A DNA stretch of 64,000 nt from assembly GCA_963666285.1 (NCBI GenBank), contig OY762711.1, one strand, 5' to 3'. Made by a program: the position numbers and the translations under genes. Position 1 is the first letter of the stretch, and each line of letters begins with the position of its first letter. The stretch is from Sedimentisphaerales bacterium. GTDB lineage: Bacteria; Planctomycetota; Phycisphaerae; Sedimentisphaerales; SM23-30. Positions 1 through 9,832 of this stretch are shown one piece after another. Below the pieces are notes generated by a model. That model saw only the letters and a program-made list of their open reading frames with translations, did not search any database and had not been told where the DNA came from.

Positions 1-2
1 TT

Positions 3-467
3 GCTTTAGGGGCTCTGCAGGATATGGCGGTAACATTGACTAACCCCAGGGGCATGGTCGATTCAATCGAATCTCTTGCATTAAAAGACGGTTCGTATGT
101 GAATGATAATAAAATGCCCGTTGGGCTGGTACCTTCCACTGCTGCTGCGATAGTTATGCTTGATATCCTGGTTGGCAAAGTCACTCAGGCTTCCATAGAT
201 TGGTTAAAGAGCTGTTATTGTCCTGAAGGAGGCATGGCGGCTGTTCCCGGCGGCACTCCTGACCTTCTCAGTACTGGGGTAGGTTTGTTTACCCTGGCAT
301 ATACCAAAACTGATATCGAAAATATGAAGTATGATTGCAGCAGGTTTGTTGATGCTTTAATGCAGGATAATGGCGGATTTTGCGGTAGTAGCGATGATAA
401 AACTACTGATTGTGAATATACTTATTACGGCCTTTTGACAAAAGGTATTGTTAATTCTAACAGTTGA
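3..467 (+). CDS. Prenyltransferase/squalene-oxidase repeat protein, C-terminal part (5'-truncated by window edge)
   Basis: Frame is open from base 3 (ALGALQDM...). Repeated GG(F/M)...D...T motifs: EGGMAAVPGGTPDLLSTG and NGGFCGSSDDKTTDCEYTYYGL. Confidence 0.75.
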   Translation, partial: ALGALQDMAVTLTNPRGMVDSIESLALKDGSYVNDNKMPVGLVPSTAAAIVMLDILVGKVTQASIDWLKSCYCPEGGMAAVPGGTPDLLSTGVGLFTLAYTKTDIENMKYDCSRFVDALMQDNGGFCGSSDDKTTDCEYTYYGLLTKGIVNSNS

Positions 468-477
468 ATTTTGAAAA

Positions 478-3057
478 ATGCCTGATAAGAGAAAAGTGAC
501 ATATCATTATGCCGGAAGGCTGGGGAATACTTTAGGGTCTTTTGGACGGTCATTATTTATCGTTTATGTCTTTATTTCCTTTTTTCCTTATCTGTGTCAT
601 GGTCAGTGGCGTGTTCCGAATGCTGTTTTATGTTATCAGATCGAACAGGATTTTGGTAAGGCCAGGCTGCCGGACGTACCTGTCCATAAGGTAGTACCTG
701 AGTACAAAGACTCTTCCCGGAATTTTTATACCGCACCTCAGGAAGGTAAAAATGTTTATAACTATGTTGATGGCGTTCATTATACCTATTTCCTGGCAAT
801 GAACGGAAGCGGCAAAGTTGAATATAAAATGTCAGGCAAGTATGATAGGTTTGTCGCTGCGGTTGGCTTGGAAGATGGTGCTGATGCTTCGGCAAAAGTT
901 AAAATTACGATATTGTCAAACGACAAAGAGATTTACAGCTCTGAGCAGATTTCAAAATATAGTAAATCGCTGGAAATCAATGTCAAAATACCTGTTGAAT
1001 GCAAAGTCTTAAAGCTGGTTACAGATCTTACTGGTGGCAGGGCTCGGACAGTATGGGCCAATTCCGGTTTTACCCTCAGAACTCAGGCACCTAAAGTTGC
1101 TCAATGTGAATTGTATGTTCCTGATGAATTTGGCAATAATTTTGATGTCGCTATTCTATCGCCGGCGGGCCAGCAGGTGCCAAGCCGGGTTTGCAGCGGC
1201 TATCCTCATAGGCCGCTTAAGGTGCAATTTGATACAACCGCTGGTGGGTTAAGTAATTATTTTGCCTATATTACCCCTATTGAAGGCAAACAAGGTAAGC
1301 TGGACAATCTTTGGTATGGCAAAGGGGGATTGACTCTTGAGACCAGGATACTGGAAAAAGATAAAGATCGTTGTGATAAACTGCCGGGGTTCGTAGAAGC
1401 ATGGAAAAACGATTCCTGGATAGTTGATTCTGTGTTTATCGAGGGTATTTTCCATTCCTGGCCGGCTGTTGGACTCGATTATGGTCATGAACTGTTTAAC
1501 CAAAGGGGTTCTTCGTTCGGTCAGTATTATTATATAGGTTATTTTCAGGTCGAAGAAGCTGGTGAATATTCTTTTGCAACCTGCTCCAGGTGGCCGTCTA
1601 CCGTATTTATCGATGACAAATTTGTCGTACATTGGCAGGGTAGGCATGATTTTCATGGCGGCAGAAGGTGTGAGTATAACAGTACGGTAAATCTGGTACC
1701 CGGAATTCATAAAATTGAATATATGAATTTCAACAAGTGGGGCGAGCAGTATGTAATCTGTGCCTGGCGAAAAGGTAGTGATGTATTCCGTATAATGACC
1801 GGTTGCGATTTTATTCCTCAAGCATATTATAAGCCTGTAAAAGTATTTGCTAAAGATGCTGTTGCATATAAGAACACCTTTTCATGGAATATTATTGATG
1901 ACATTAGGATAGATGCCGGTGGACCGGCCATTGTTGCGGTTAAGTTTGAGGTGATACCTGCAAAAAATCTTGAGGAACCGGAGTATCGGTGGGAGTTTGA
2001 CGATGGTATCATCGCAATGGGCGAAACCGTCGAACATGTCTTTATTAAAAAAGGGCTGCACAAGGTTAAGCTGAGTGTTAAAGACGGCGGTAATGTTTTG
2101 TACAATACCGAGCAGTCGATAAATGTTGATATAGCAAGAAATAAGCTCTTCAATCATGCCAGGACCGCTAGTTTATTTGGCAATATTGTATCGATAGGGT
2201 ATCTCAGTCATGTGAAAATATCTGATCTTATCTCTTTTTATAGTTTTGTCGATGAGTATGGTTCCGAACAATGGAAAAAACTTGCTTCTGAAGCTATCTG
2301 CCTAAAAAAAGATGAAGAACTGGAGTTTGCACAGCATCTTGATTTTTATGTTAAATTTATTCTTTATCTGGAATCGATCGAAACGGCTCGATATGACCTG
2401 GCGGTTATTCTTGCAGGGAGAATTCTATCTTCTGTAGAGGCAGACAGTTCCAATGCAAAGGACCTGCGGCTTATCTATATGAGATTATTGCTGGACTATT
2501 TAGGTGACTATACGGAAGCCAAAAAACAGGAGCAGTTATTGCCGGCTAATCTTGATTTCAGCCGACAAAAACAGCTTGAGGTAATCAGGGCTGAGTTACA
2601 GTTGGCAGGCCCGGATGATATACCTCAGCTGAAATTTAGCAAACCACTAGGTAGTGCTTTGGAACTGGAAAAGCTGAAAGTGCGTATTGCCGCCGATCTA
2701 AGGTTTGCCGATCAGTGTTCCGAAAGTGAGGATCGCTATGTAATACAGCAGGGGATTGGCAGGTTAAATGATATCCTGAAAGATGATCCGTCTTATATCA
2801 TTGACGCTGATTTTAACCTCATTCGTCTAAAATTATGGCAGGCGGCCCAAGGGTGGGCCCAGCTTTATTTTATTGCTAAACGCTGCGAAAGATTAGAAAT
2901 ATCAGATGTTTATGAACCGGAATTGTTGGGGTTCCAGGTAAAGGCTCTTTTTGAATCCGGAAAAACAGAGTTGGCTGAAAAAGTACTGCAAAGGTTAAGA
3001 GCCGATTGGCCCTATAGTGTCGAAACGGCAAAAGCTGCTGAATTACTTCGTAAATAG
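478..3057 (+). CDS. Secreted multidomain protein: NPCBM/NEW2-like, PA14-like, PKD and C-terminal helical/TPR-like domains
   Basis: N-terminal hydrophobic stretch; YDRFVAAVGLED...VWAN (NPCBM-like); GYFQVEEAGEYSFAT...VFIDDK...LVPGIHKIEY (PA14-like); YRWEFDDG...EHVF...VKLSVKD (PKD). Confidence 0.65.
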   Translation: MPDKRKVTYHYAGRLGNTLGSFGRSLFIVYVFISFFPYLCHGQWRVPNAVLCYQIEQDFGKARLPDVPVHKVVPEYKDSSRNFYTAPQEGKNVYNYVDGVHYTYFLAMNGSGKVEYKMSGKYDRFVAAVGLEDGADASAKVKITILSNDKEIYSSEQISKYSKSLEINVKIPVECKVLKLVTDLTGGRARTVWANSGFTLRTQAPKVAQCELYVPDEFGNNFDVAILSPAGQQVPSRVCSGYPHRPLKVQFDTTAGGLSNYFAYITPIEGKQGKLDNLWYGKGGLTLETRILEKDKDRCDKLPGFVEAWKNDSWIVDSVFIEGIFHSWPAVGLDYGHELFNQRGSSFGQYYYIGYFQVEEAGEYSFATCSRWPSTVFIDDKFVVHWQGRHDFHGGRRCEYNSTVNLVPGIHKIEYMNFNKWGEQYVICAWRKGSDVFRIMTGCDFIPQAYYKPVKVFAKDAVAYKNTFSWNIIDDIRIDAGGPAIVAVKFEVIPAKNLEEPEYRWEFDDGIIAMGETVEHVFIKKGLHKVKLSVKDGGNVLYNTEQSINVDIARNKLFNHARTASLFGNIVSIGYLSHVKISDLISFYSFVDEYGSEQWKKLASEAICLKKDEELEFAQHLDFYVKFILYLESIETARYDLAVILAGRILSSVEADSSNAKDLRLIYMRLLLDYLGDYTEAKKQEQLLPANLDFSRQKQLEVIRAELQLAGPDDIPQLKFSKPLGSALELEKLKVRIAADLRFADQCSESEDRYVIQQGIGRLNDILKDDPSYIIDADFNLIRLKLWQAAQGWAQLYFIAKRCERLEISDVYEPELLGFQVKALFESGKTELAEKVLQRLRADWPYSVETAKAAELLRK

Positions 3058-3115
3058 CACCCTAAGTAATCCGGCTGGGCATTTTCTATAAAGGCGGGTA
3101 TTGGTTTTGAGTCAA

Positions 3116-3976
3116 TTAAAGATCGCCGCTATTATCACGTTTAGGCAGCAGAAATTCTGCTTCCGGCCATAGCTTAAATACATCTTCTTTATCGGATGCT
3201 ATAATAGTATCAAAATCTCGATCGAGATTATCTTTCTGGTATATTAACTGGTGGTCTTTACTGTAATATATATTCTGTGTCATTCCCCTGAAATTAGCTT
3301 GAACTGCATAACCGTCTGGGTGCTCAGATCTGACATATGATGGGATAGTTTCCAGTTCACCGGGGCTTACTGGAAAGTTAATTACCTCAATTCCAGCTAG
3401 TAATGTAAAATCCAGTTGAGTGTTGTACCGCTGAACTCCTATCGAGGAATATATGTCCAGCATGAAAGGAGGAATAAGATTAGCATGGAAGCTTATTGAC
3501 GAAGCGTCAACAATCGTGCCGTTGATAATGTATTTCATACCTTCATCCGGATTGTAGGTTATGTCTAATGCTTTTGGTGTTCCATTGTCACTGATTCTTT
3601 CGTGTTGGCTCCATGTATTTGTATTGTTTGATATGCGCCATTCATTTATGCCGTAGTATTTATGGTCTGTCAGTCGGGTTATCTCTATACCCATTAGATA
3701 GTTATCTTTCCAGTAGTGCTCATAATACTTGTAGCCGACCGGCTCATCGTTATTATTGTACAGGATATAATATTGAGAATAATTCTCAAATGGGATAAAT
3801 TGATCCAGCCCGGACTCTCTTATCGATGAAAGTAATTTTTTAACGTTTGATGCACCCTGTTTGGTCGAGACATACCATTGTGCCAGCCCAAGCGTTATCA
3901 GCAGCGTAACTGCAAGGGCGATAGTTGATTTTGTCGGACTGTATTGCCCGGGATTTGAGTCAGTTCTTTTGAACAT
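3116..3976 (-). CDS. Hypothetical membrane-anchored/exported protein
   Basis: 286-aa ORF with one N-terminal TM segment; no family recognised. Confidence 0.7.
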   Translation of the reverse strand: MFKRTDSNPGQYSPTKSTIALAVTLLITLGLAQWYVSTKQGASNVKKLLSSIRESGLDQFIPFENYSQYYILYNNNDEPVGYKYYEHYWKDNYLMGIEITRLTDHKYYGINEWRISNNTNTWSQHERISDNGTPKALDITYNPDEGMKYIINGTIVDASSISFHANLIPPFMLDIYSSIGVQRYNTQLDFTLLAGIEVINFPVSPGELETIPSYVRSEHPDGYAVQANFRGMTQNIYYSKDHQLIYQKDNLDRDFDTIIASDKEDVFKLWPEAEFLLPKRDNSGDL

Positions 3977-4048
3977 AATAGTATTGTTTGTTCTGGAAGC
4001 TTTAGGTTTTAGTTATTACCTTATCAAAGTGCAAGGTATATCTATAAT

Positions 4049-4084
4049 AAAAAAAGCCGCCTCATAGCGAGACGAGGCGGCTTT
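4049..4084 (-). terminator. Intrinsic terminator of the symporter gene
   Basis: AAAGCCGCCTC-N10-GAGGCGGCTTT stem; the A-run at 4049-4055 gives a U-tail on the minus strand. Confidence 0.8.
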
Positions 4085-4108
4085 GAACTTTTTAATTACT
4101 TCTGTCTA

Positions 4109-6541
4109 TTACCAGAAGATAATGTAAAGAATTACGGTCATAATACAAACTACGATACCCCAGAACTTGGCTGAAGCAGAAGAGGTTACGTCCATATTTT
4201 CGTTAACCGGAAGAACTACAGCTTCTTTTTCCGGTTTCAATATTGTCATGATTCCAATAACAGCCAGGCAAATACCAAAGCAAAGTGCCATTCTATTCAG
4301 GAACGCCATTTCAGCAATAGTATTAAGAATACCTATACTCTTAAGACCGGGAACACTAGGACTGAACTTAAACAGGCCGTAAAGGAATACATTCAATATG
4401 ATACCAAGGGTACCGGCAAATTTTGGAGTTCTTGGAACCAGCAGGCCAAAGATAAATACCGCCAGTATACCTGGTGACAGGAATCCTTGGAATTCCTGGA
4501 TGAAGTTAAAGATACCGCCTAGCTTAGGACTGCCGAGCGTTGGGGCAATGAGCATAGCAATCAGCACAAATACGATTACGCAAACTCGACCAACTTTGAT
4601 AAGTGCATCCTGCTGTGCGTCCTTCTTGATCTTCGCAAAAACGTCCATTGTAAAGATGGTTGATGCTGAGTTCAGCATTGATGCCAGTGAACTGACAACT
4701 GCTCCGAAAATCGCGGCCAGAACGAAACCTTTCAGACCGTTTCCTACTGGTAGAAGCTTCTTGATCAGTGTTGGGAAAGCGGCGTCAAAGTCATAGCCGA
4801 CAAGTTCAGATGACAACTTGTAAACTTCTTCATTTGCATCTGCTTCGGCAATATTAACAAAGATGCTGTTGACTTTGGCCAGCTCCAGTTTGTCATCGAT
4901 TGCAGGAATTATTTCGCCATCCTTAAGGTCCAGGGCATCTTTTATGATCTCTGACATTTCTTTGTTAAGTTTGGTTGCGTGAGCTGCAACAATTTTACTG
5001 TAATCTGATGCAGTTGGAGATTCTATCGGGTCGCTAACGACATCTTTTGCCAACTGGATAGCGTTTTTAGCGACTATCTCTTTTGTTATTTCAGGATAGA
5101 TATCAGCAAACGCTTCTTTGAATTTTATGATTTCTGTTTTGTGTGAATCATCAGAGCTGAAAATATTCATGAATTTTTCCAGGAAATTCTGTTCAGTATC
5201 TAAGTACATAGCCAGTAATTCTGATGATTTAATATCTCCTGCGTTATCGGCGATATCATTATTGAACTTGACCAATGCCGCTGGGTCAGCAGGGATTTCC
5301 TTTTCCTGGTTTGTCAATTTCAGGTTAAATGCAACAAGCTCTTTAACCAGCTCCGGTTCTGTTTTGGCAAAATCCTCATTAAAGACATAGATCATTTCTT
5401 CTTTAGCGGCAAATTGGGCCTTGACGCTATCGTTGAAATAATTGTTTACCAGCTCTACGCCTGATCGGTTTCGGTCAACAGCCAGGTCGCCCAGATGGGT
5501 ACTGAACAAGTTGAACGCGAGAATACCGGGGATTACAACTACAAATGGAATAATCAGTTTTAGGAATGCGGCAAATACTACACCTTTCTGGCCTTCTGCC
5601 AGCGATTTCGAGCCTAGAGAACGCTGCATGATATACTGGTTCAATCCCCAGTAGAAGAAGTTAGGAATCCAGAGGCCGATTACCAGTGCTGTCCATGGGA
5701 TAGAAGCGTCATCTGCTCCGCGAACCATGTGAAGCTTACCGTCCGGAAGTTCGGCTTTATTCAATGCGATAAACCTGTCAATAGGTCCGGCATCGGTTAG
5801 TTGCGGTGCGGTAAGTTCGGAGTTTACTGATGTTTTAATCAATTCTTCAGGTGCTTTATCTGCCAGCATATTAAAAGCAAAAATGGCAATAATGACACCG
5901 CCGAGAACCAGGGCTGAACCCTGGAGCAGGTCGGCCCACGCACAGGCCTTCAAACCGCCTACAAATACGTAAATAGCAGCCAGGGTACCAATGATCCAGC
6001 AACCCACGGTAATATTTCCAAAATCAAGACCGAAAAGGTTGATACCGTCAAAGTTTACACAGATAACTTTTGCTCCTGAGTAAATTACTGAAGCGGTCGG
6101 TACACCAACGAGAATTACAAGAGTTGCAGCAGCCATTACCCAGCGGGCGATAGGGCTGAAACGATGTTCCAGGAATTCGGGAATTGTATAGATACCACAC
6201 TTGAGAAACTTCGGCAGAAAGACGAATGCTACTACTACCAGCGTAATAGCCGCCATCCACTCGTAACTCGCAATCGCCATACCAAGCCAGTCAGCGGCTT
6301 GGCCCGACATACCGACAAACTGTTCGGTTGAAATATTCGCAGCAATAAGAGAGAAACCTACCAGCCACCATGTAAGGCCGCGGCCTGCCAGGAAATAATC
6401 TTCACTTGTCTGGCTTTCATGCTCTTTGTTACCACTTTTGATAAAGCCAACAGCAAGAACGGCAGCTATAAATGCTATAAACACAAGTATATCAGCGATG
6501 CCGATGACTTTAGCCTGTTCAGCTAACAAGAATTCACACAT
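4109..6541 (-). CDS. Sodium:solute symporter (SSS/SGLT family, probably sugar) with large soluble insert
   Basis: DYFLAGRGLTWWLVGFSLIAANISTEQFVGMSG, YTIPEFLEHRF, YWGLNQYIMQRSLGSKS, SSLASMLNSASTIFTMD. Confidence 0.92.
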   Translation of the reverse strand: MCEFLLAEQAKVIGIADILVFIAFIAAVLAVGFIKSGNKEHESQTSEDYFLAGRGLTWWLVGFSLIAANISTEQFVGMSGQAADWLGMAIASYEWMAAITLVVVAFVFLPKFLKCGIYTIPEFLEHRFSPIARWVMAAATLVILVGVPTASVIYSGAKVICVNFDGINLFGLDFGNITVGCWIIGTLAAIYVFVGGLKACAWADLLQGSALVLGGVIIAIFAFNMLADKAPEELIKTSVNSELTAPQLTDAGPIDRFIALNKAELPDGKLHMVRGADDASIPWTALVIGLWIPNFFYWGLNQYIMQRSLGSKSLAEGQKGVVFAAFLKLIIPFVVVIPGILAFNLFSTHLGDLAVDRNRSGVELVNNYFNDSVKAQFAAKEEMIYVFNEDFAKTEPELVKELVAFNLKLTNQEKEIPADPAALVKFNNDIADNAGDIKSSELLAMYLDTEQNFLEKFMNIFSSDDSHKTEIIKFKEAFADIYPEITKEIVAKNAIQLAKDVVSDPIESPTASDYSKIVAAHATKLNKEMSEIIKDALDLKDGEIIPAIDDKLELAKVNSIFVNIAEADANEEVYKLSSELVGYDFDAAFPTLIKKLLPVGNGLKGFVLAAIFGAVVSSLASMLNSASTIFTMDVFAKIKKDAQQDALIKVGRVCVIVFVLIAMLIAPTLGSPKLGGIFNFIQEFQGFLSPGILAVFIFGLLVPRTPKFAGTLGIILNVFLYGLFKFSPSVPGLKSIGILNTIAEMAFLNRMALCFGICLAVIGIMTILKPEKEAVVLPVNENMDVTSSASAKFWGIVVCIMTVILYIIFW

Positions 6542-6739
6542 TACGCAACTCCTAACAACAATAATTAATTTGTTTTAATGGCTTTTTATGAGATATAAAA
6601 GCCATTATGACTACAATACTATCTATATTTAAATGATTATGCAATAATACTTATATATGGCCGAAATGCTAGTTTTTTTTCAAAAATAATACCCGGGCCA
6701 ATTGATGAATGTAAAAAATATATTAAAAAAAATACAAAA

Positions 6740-6767
6740 TTGACATATGGCTGTAAGTCTATATTTT
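6740..6767 (+). promoter_or_regulatory. Candidate sigma70 promoter
   Basis: TTGACA (6740-6745), N16, TATTTT (6762-6767); the -10 box is weak. Confidence 0.4.
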
Positions 6768-6849
6768 AATTGCAGTTATGTGGACGTTAGTCGGGCTCGG
6801 TCCGATATAAAAGGTGTATATTATAAAAAAAAGATTTTCTGTATGAAAT

Positions 6850-7017
6850 AGCGGCTGCGACCGATATTGACATAGCCTGACGACAAAGGTTGAACAACGG
6901 AATGGTCAGACCACAGGCGACAAACTATGGATTTCCGGATAAAACGTGTAAGCAGAAAACACCCTTACCCGGGACGTGAGACCGACTATTCTGGCCGATG
7001 TCGGTCTCGTTTTTTTT
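6850..7017 (+). ncRNA. Candidate structured leader/sRNA upstream of ubiE (family not recognised)
   Basis: GC-rich island in AT-rich DNA. Stems CATAG/CTATG, CCTG/CAGG, GTAAG/CTTAC and TTCCGG/CCGGGA; ends in a strong terminator. Confidence 0.45.
6978..7017 (+). terminator. Intrinsic terminator about 60 nt upstream of ubiE
   Basis: GAGACCGAC-N13-GTCGGTCTC, then G and T8. Confidence 0.8.
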
Positions 7018-7076
7018 AAAGCAATATATAGGATACAGACAAAGAGAATATCTTTTATTTTCAACAAATAAACCTT

Positions 7077-7781
7077 ATGAGCGATACGTTAAATCAAAAA
7101 AAAGATATTGCCTTTGCCTTTGATAATATATCCGGCAGCTATGACAGGGCCAATCGTTTTATTTCACTTGGTATGGATTTGAGATGGCGAAAAAGAATGA
7201 TGTCACTAGTGCCTCTTAACCGGCCCCTGCATATGCTTGATATTGCCTGCGGTACTTGCGACAGTGTGATCGTTGCGGTAAAGGAGCGAGATAATATAAC
7301 AAAACTGGTTGGACTTGATGCTTCCGAAGGGATGCTTACCGTTGGCAGAGAGAAACTAAAACACAAAGGAATCGATAATGTAGAACTTATAAAGGGTGAT
7401 ATGCAGGCTCTTCCTTTCGAAGATCATACCTTTGATATAGTTTCTATAGTATTTGGTTTGAGAAATGCCCCTGATACGGCAAAAGCTGTTAGTGAAGCTG
7501 CCAGGGTGGTCAAGAAGGGGGGCAAATGTTTGTTCCTGGAATTTTCCATGCCTGATAAAATGATTTTCAGAGCGTTTTACTATATTTACCTCCGATTTCT
7601 AATGCCGGTATTGGCATTTATGGTATCTGGTAAATATTCTGCGTATAAATATCTTTTTAATTCAGTCAATGAGTTTTACAGGCCGGACGAGATCTTAAAA
7701 ATGATGCAGGAAGAATGTCTGGAAAGTAAAGTTATTTCGATGGCAGGCGGGACTGTATGGCTCTATGAAGGAGTGAAGTAG
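7077..7781 (+). CDS. ubiE: Ubiquinone/menaquinone biosynthesis C-methyltransferase (UbiE/MenG)
   Basis: FDNISGSYDRANRFISLGMDLRWR, LDIACGT, GLDASEGML, LPFEDHTFDIVSIVFGLRN, LEFS, AYKYL. Confidence 0.9.
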   Translation: MSDTLNQKKDIAFAFDNISGSYDRANRFISLGMDLRWRKRMMSLVPLNRPLHMLDIACGTCDSVIVAVKERDNITKLVGLDASEGMLTVGREKLKHKGIDNVELIKGDMQALPFEDHTFDIVSIVFGLRNAPDTAKAVSEAARVVKKGGKCLFLEFSMPDKMIFRAFYYIYLRFLMPVLAFMVSGKYSAYKYLFNSVNEFYRPDEILKMMQEECLESKVISMAGGTVWLYEGVK

Positions 7782-7822
7782 TTTTTTATGTGATGATTTA
7801 CCGGACAGACAGAACAGAGATG

Positions 7823-9832
7823 CTAGTAATTGGGATAAAGTTTAATTTTATCTTTGTCGAGTCTTGCTTTAGTTGCGTCATGTTTTTGGCTGATAGTCAT
7901 TGTGCTTCTTCCGATGACGAGTGTTGTTTTGGGGATTATAAAACTTTTAACGGTAATCGTGATTGCGTCAAGGTCTTCTGCAAAAGCTTTTTCTTTTAAT
8001 GCCTCAATTTTCTCTTTGTAGGTATCAATCGTGTTGAGTATTTTCTTGATTTCCTTTAAGGTTTTTATAATGTACTCTTTTTGTGATTCCGGCAAATGGT
8101 TTATCATATCGATTGTATTGGCATTGTTGAAATCCAGGTTTACACTTTTCTGCTTGGCAACTACTTCAGATTGCAAATGAGAAATTACAGTTTCGCTGTT
8201 GGTTATCTGGCTATTGATTTCCTGGTCAACACCGCAAGAAATTATTGTTTCTTCCGTGATATTACCAACTGAATGTAACTCGGCGTTGCCAAGGGCAGAA
8301 ATTCTGCTGCCGATAATTGCTCCTCGTTGCTTACTTGTAACTCCACGACCTAGTACTAAAAGGTCTCCTCTTACAGAAATCCTTGAGCCGTGAATGTATC
8401 TTTGTATTGTCAAATCTCCGGAAACTCTGATGTTTGCATCCTGAACATAACCGATGTCGGCATTTTCTTTTACGTAAAGTAGCCCTTTCTTGCAAAATAC
8501 ACCTTTATTGACAATCAGATTTCCGCATCTGACTGTAACATTATTTTCGATAGAACCTTTGACTATCAGGTCATTTTTACATTCTACCGTAAAGCCGCTT
8601 AAGATATTACCGTTGATAATTATTGAGGAGCCCTTATAAATATTTCCTGTATTCGGTCCAACGTCGCCGTTTATGTGCAGTACATCTGATACAGAAATTC
8701 TATAATTATTATATATGAGGCACCCTTCTTTTTCTGCAAACAGGCTGACAGTTCCGTTTATCTCTTCATATCTTATGTTTTCTCCAACTGAAATATCTCT
8801 GTTTTTTCCCTTATGAGTATTGATGATATTCCCATAAACATCTTTGCCGGGAACTCCGTCTATAGCCGGTGTTATTTTGGCCAGCAGCTCACCCTGGCTG
8901 ACCATGGTATATTGTGCCATTTTCATATAGTCAGATATACTTAAGTCTTCTTGCATTTTTGGTTTTTCAGTATCTGCATATATCTTAATCGTTGCATTCT
9001 GGCTTGGTATAGGGCTTATTCCTTTGGAAACAACAAGATGCTCTACGATGTTATTCTCGGCTTCTAATAATTTTAGATGTTCCATCACCGAGTATAAATC
9101 CATGCAGCCGAGTTCGGGTATTATCAGATTCTGATGCTCTCTGGCATAATAGTTGAGTAAGGCTTGATAATCCGTGGTTGATTTCATTGGCATCAAGGTT
9201 AAAGAAAGCCTCATTCTATCGCTGGAATATTGGAAAGGGGATACGATATGCAGCCTCATGTTTTCGTCAATTACCAGGTATCCATCTGTATTGGCATGAA
9301 ATAAAACTGAGTTTGCTGATTCTGTAATATCTACATTTTCGCCGGGTTTAAGTACAACAGGAATGTTCTGCCGCTTTATCTTATCGCCATAAATATTTTC
9401 ATGGTCTGCAAAAATTACCTGGCAGATAAGTGAATTTTTCTTAATAAATCTTGCCTGGAAATCTGCCTCCACCTCTTCATCAGTTGAATTATATGCCGTG
9501 TATGCTTTTCTCGCTGAATCTATTTCCTTCATCAGGTCGGATGTAGAGATAGTATCATTATCAGCGAATATTATCTCGTTTTTAACTTTTGCTTTTGCTA
9601 CCACCAGGTCTTCGATCGGATCTCCGGTAAGGTTGGAGTGCTCCACAGCGATCTCTATTGCCATGGTGTCAATATTTGACAAAATGCCATTTGCAGCTAG
9701 GATGGAAATAACATCGTCAATGGTTATCTTTTCGCCAAAAACGTTTTCTGCTGCTAAATGGTTAATTGTTGCGATGCTTCCTTCGGGATCGCATTCAATA
9801 TTTTTCTGAGAGCCTGCTCTCATCAATGACAT
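7823..9832 (-). CDS. FapA/DUF342 family protein
   Basis: VSQGELLAKITPAIDGVPGKDVYG; LHINGDVGPNTGNI...IIINGNILSGFTVEC beta-helix-like repeats; C-terminal coiled coil. Confidence 0.8.
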   Translation of the reverse strand: MSLMRAGSQKNIECDPEGSIATINHLAAENVFGEKITIDDVISILAANGILSNIDTMAIEIAVEHSNLTGDPIEDLVVAKAKVKNEIIFADNDTISTSDLMKEIDSARKAYTAYNSTDEEVEADFQARFIKKNSLICQVIFADHENIYGDKIKRQNIPVVLKPGENVDITESANSVLFHANTDGYLVIDENMRLHIVSPFQYSSDRMRLSLTLMPMKSTTDYQALLNYYAREHQNLIIPELGCMDLYSVMEHLKLLEAENNIVEHLVVSKGISPIPSQNATIKIYADTEKPKMQEDLSISDYMKMAQYTMVSQGELLAKITPAIDGVPGKDVYGNIINTHKGKNRDISVGENIRYEEINGTVSLFAEKEGCLIYNNYRISVSDVLHINGDVGPNTGNIYKGSSIIINGNILSGFTVECKNDLIVKGSIENNVTVRCGNLIVNKGVFCKKGLLYVKENADIGYVQDANIRVSGDLTIQRYIHGSRISVRGDLLVLGRGVTSKQRGAIIGSRISALGNAELHSVGNITEETIISCGVDQEINSQITNSETVISHLQSEVVAKQKSVNLDFNNANTIDMINHLPESQKEYIIKTLKEIKKILNTIDTYKEKIEALKEKAFAEDLDAITITVKSFIIPKTTLVIGRSTMTISQKHDATKARLDKDKIKLYPNY

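Noticed and set aside
6902..6979. 25-aa ORF MVRPQATNYGFPDKTCKQKTPLPGT ending at the terminator, as a leader peptide
   Set aside because: No clear RBS and no control-codon run; it cannot be distinguished from chance.
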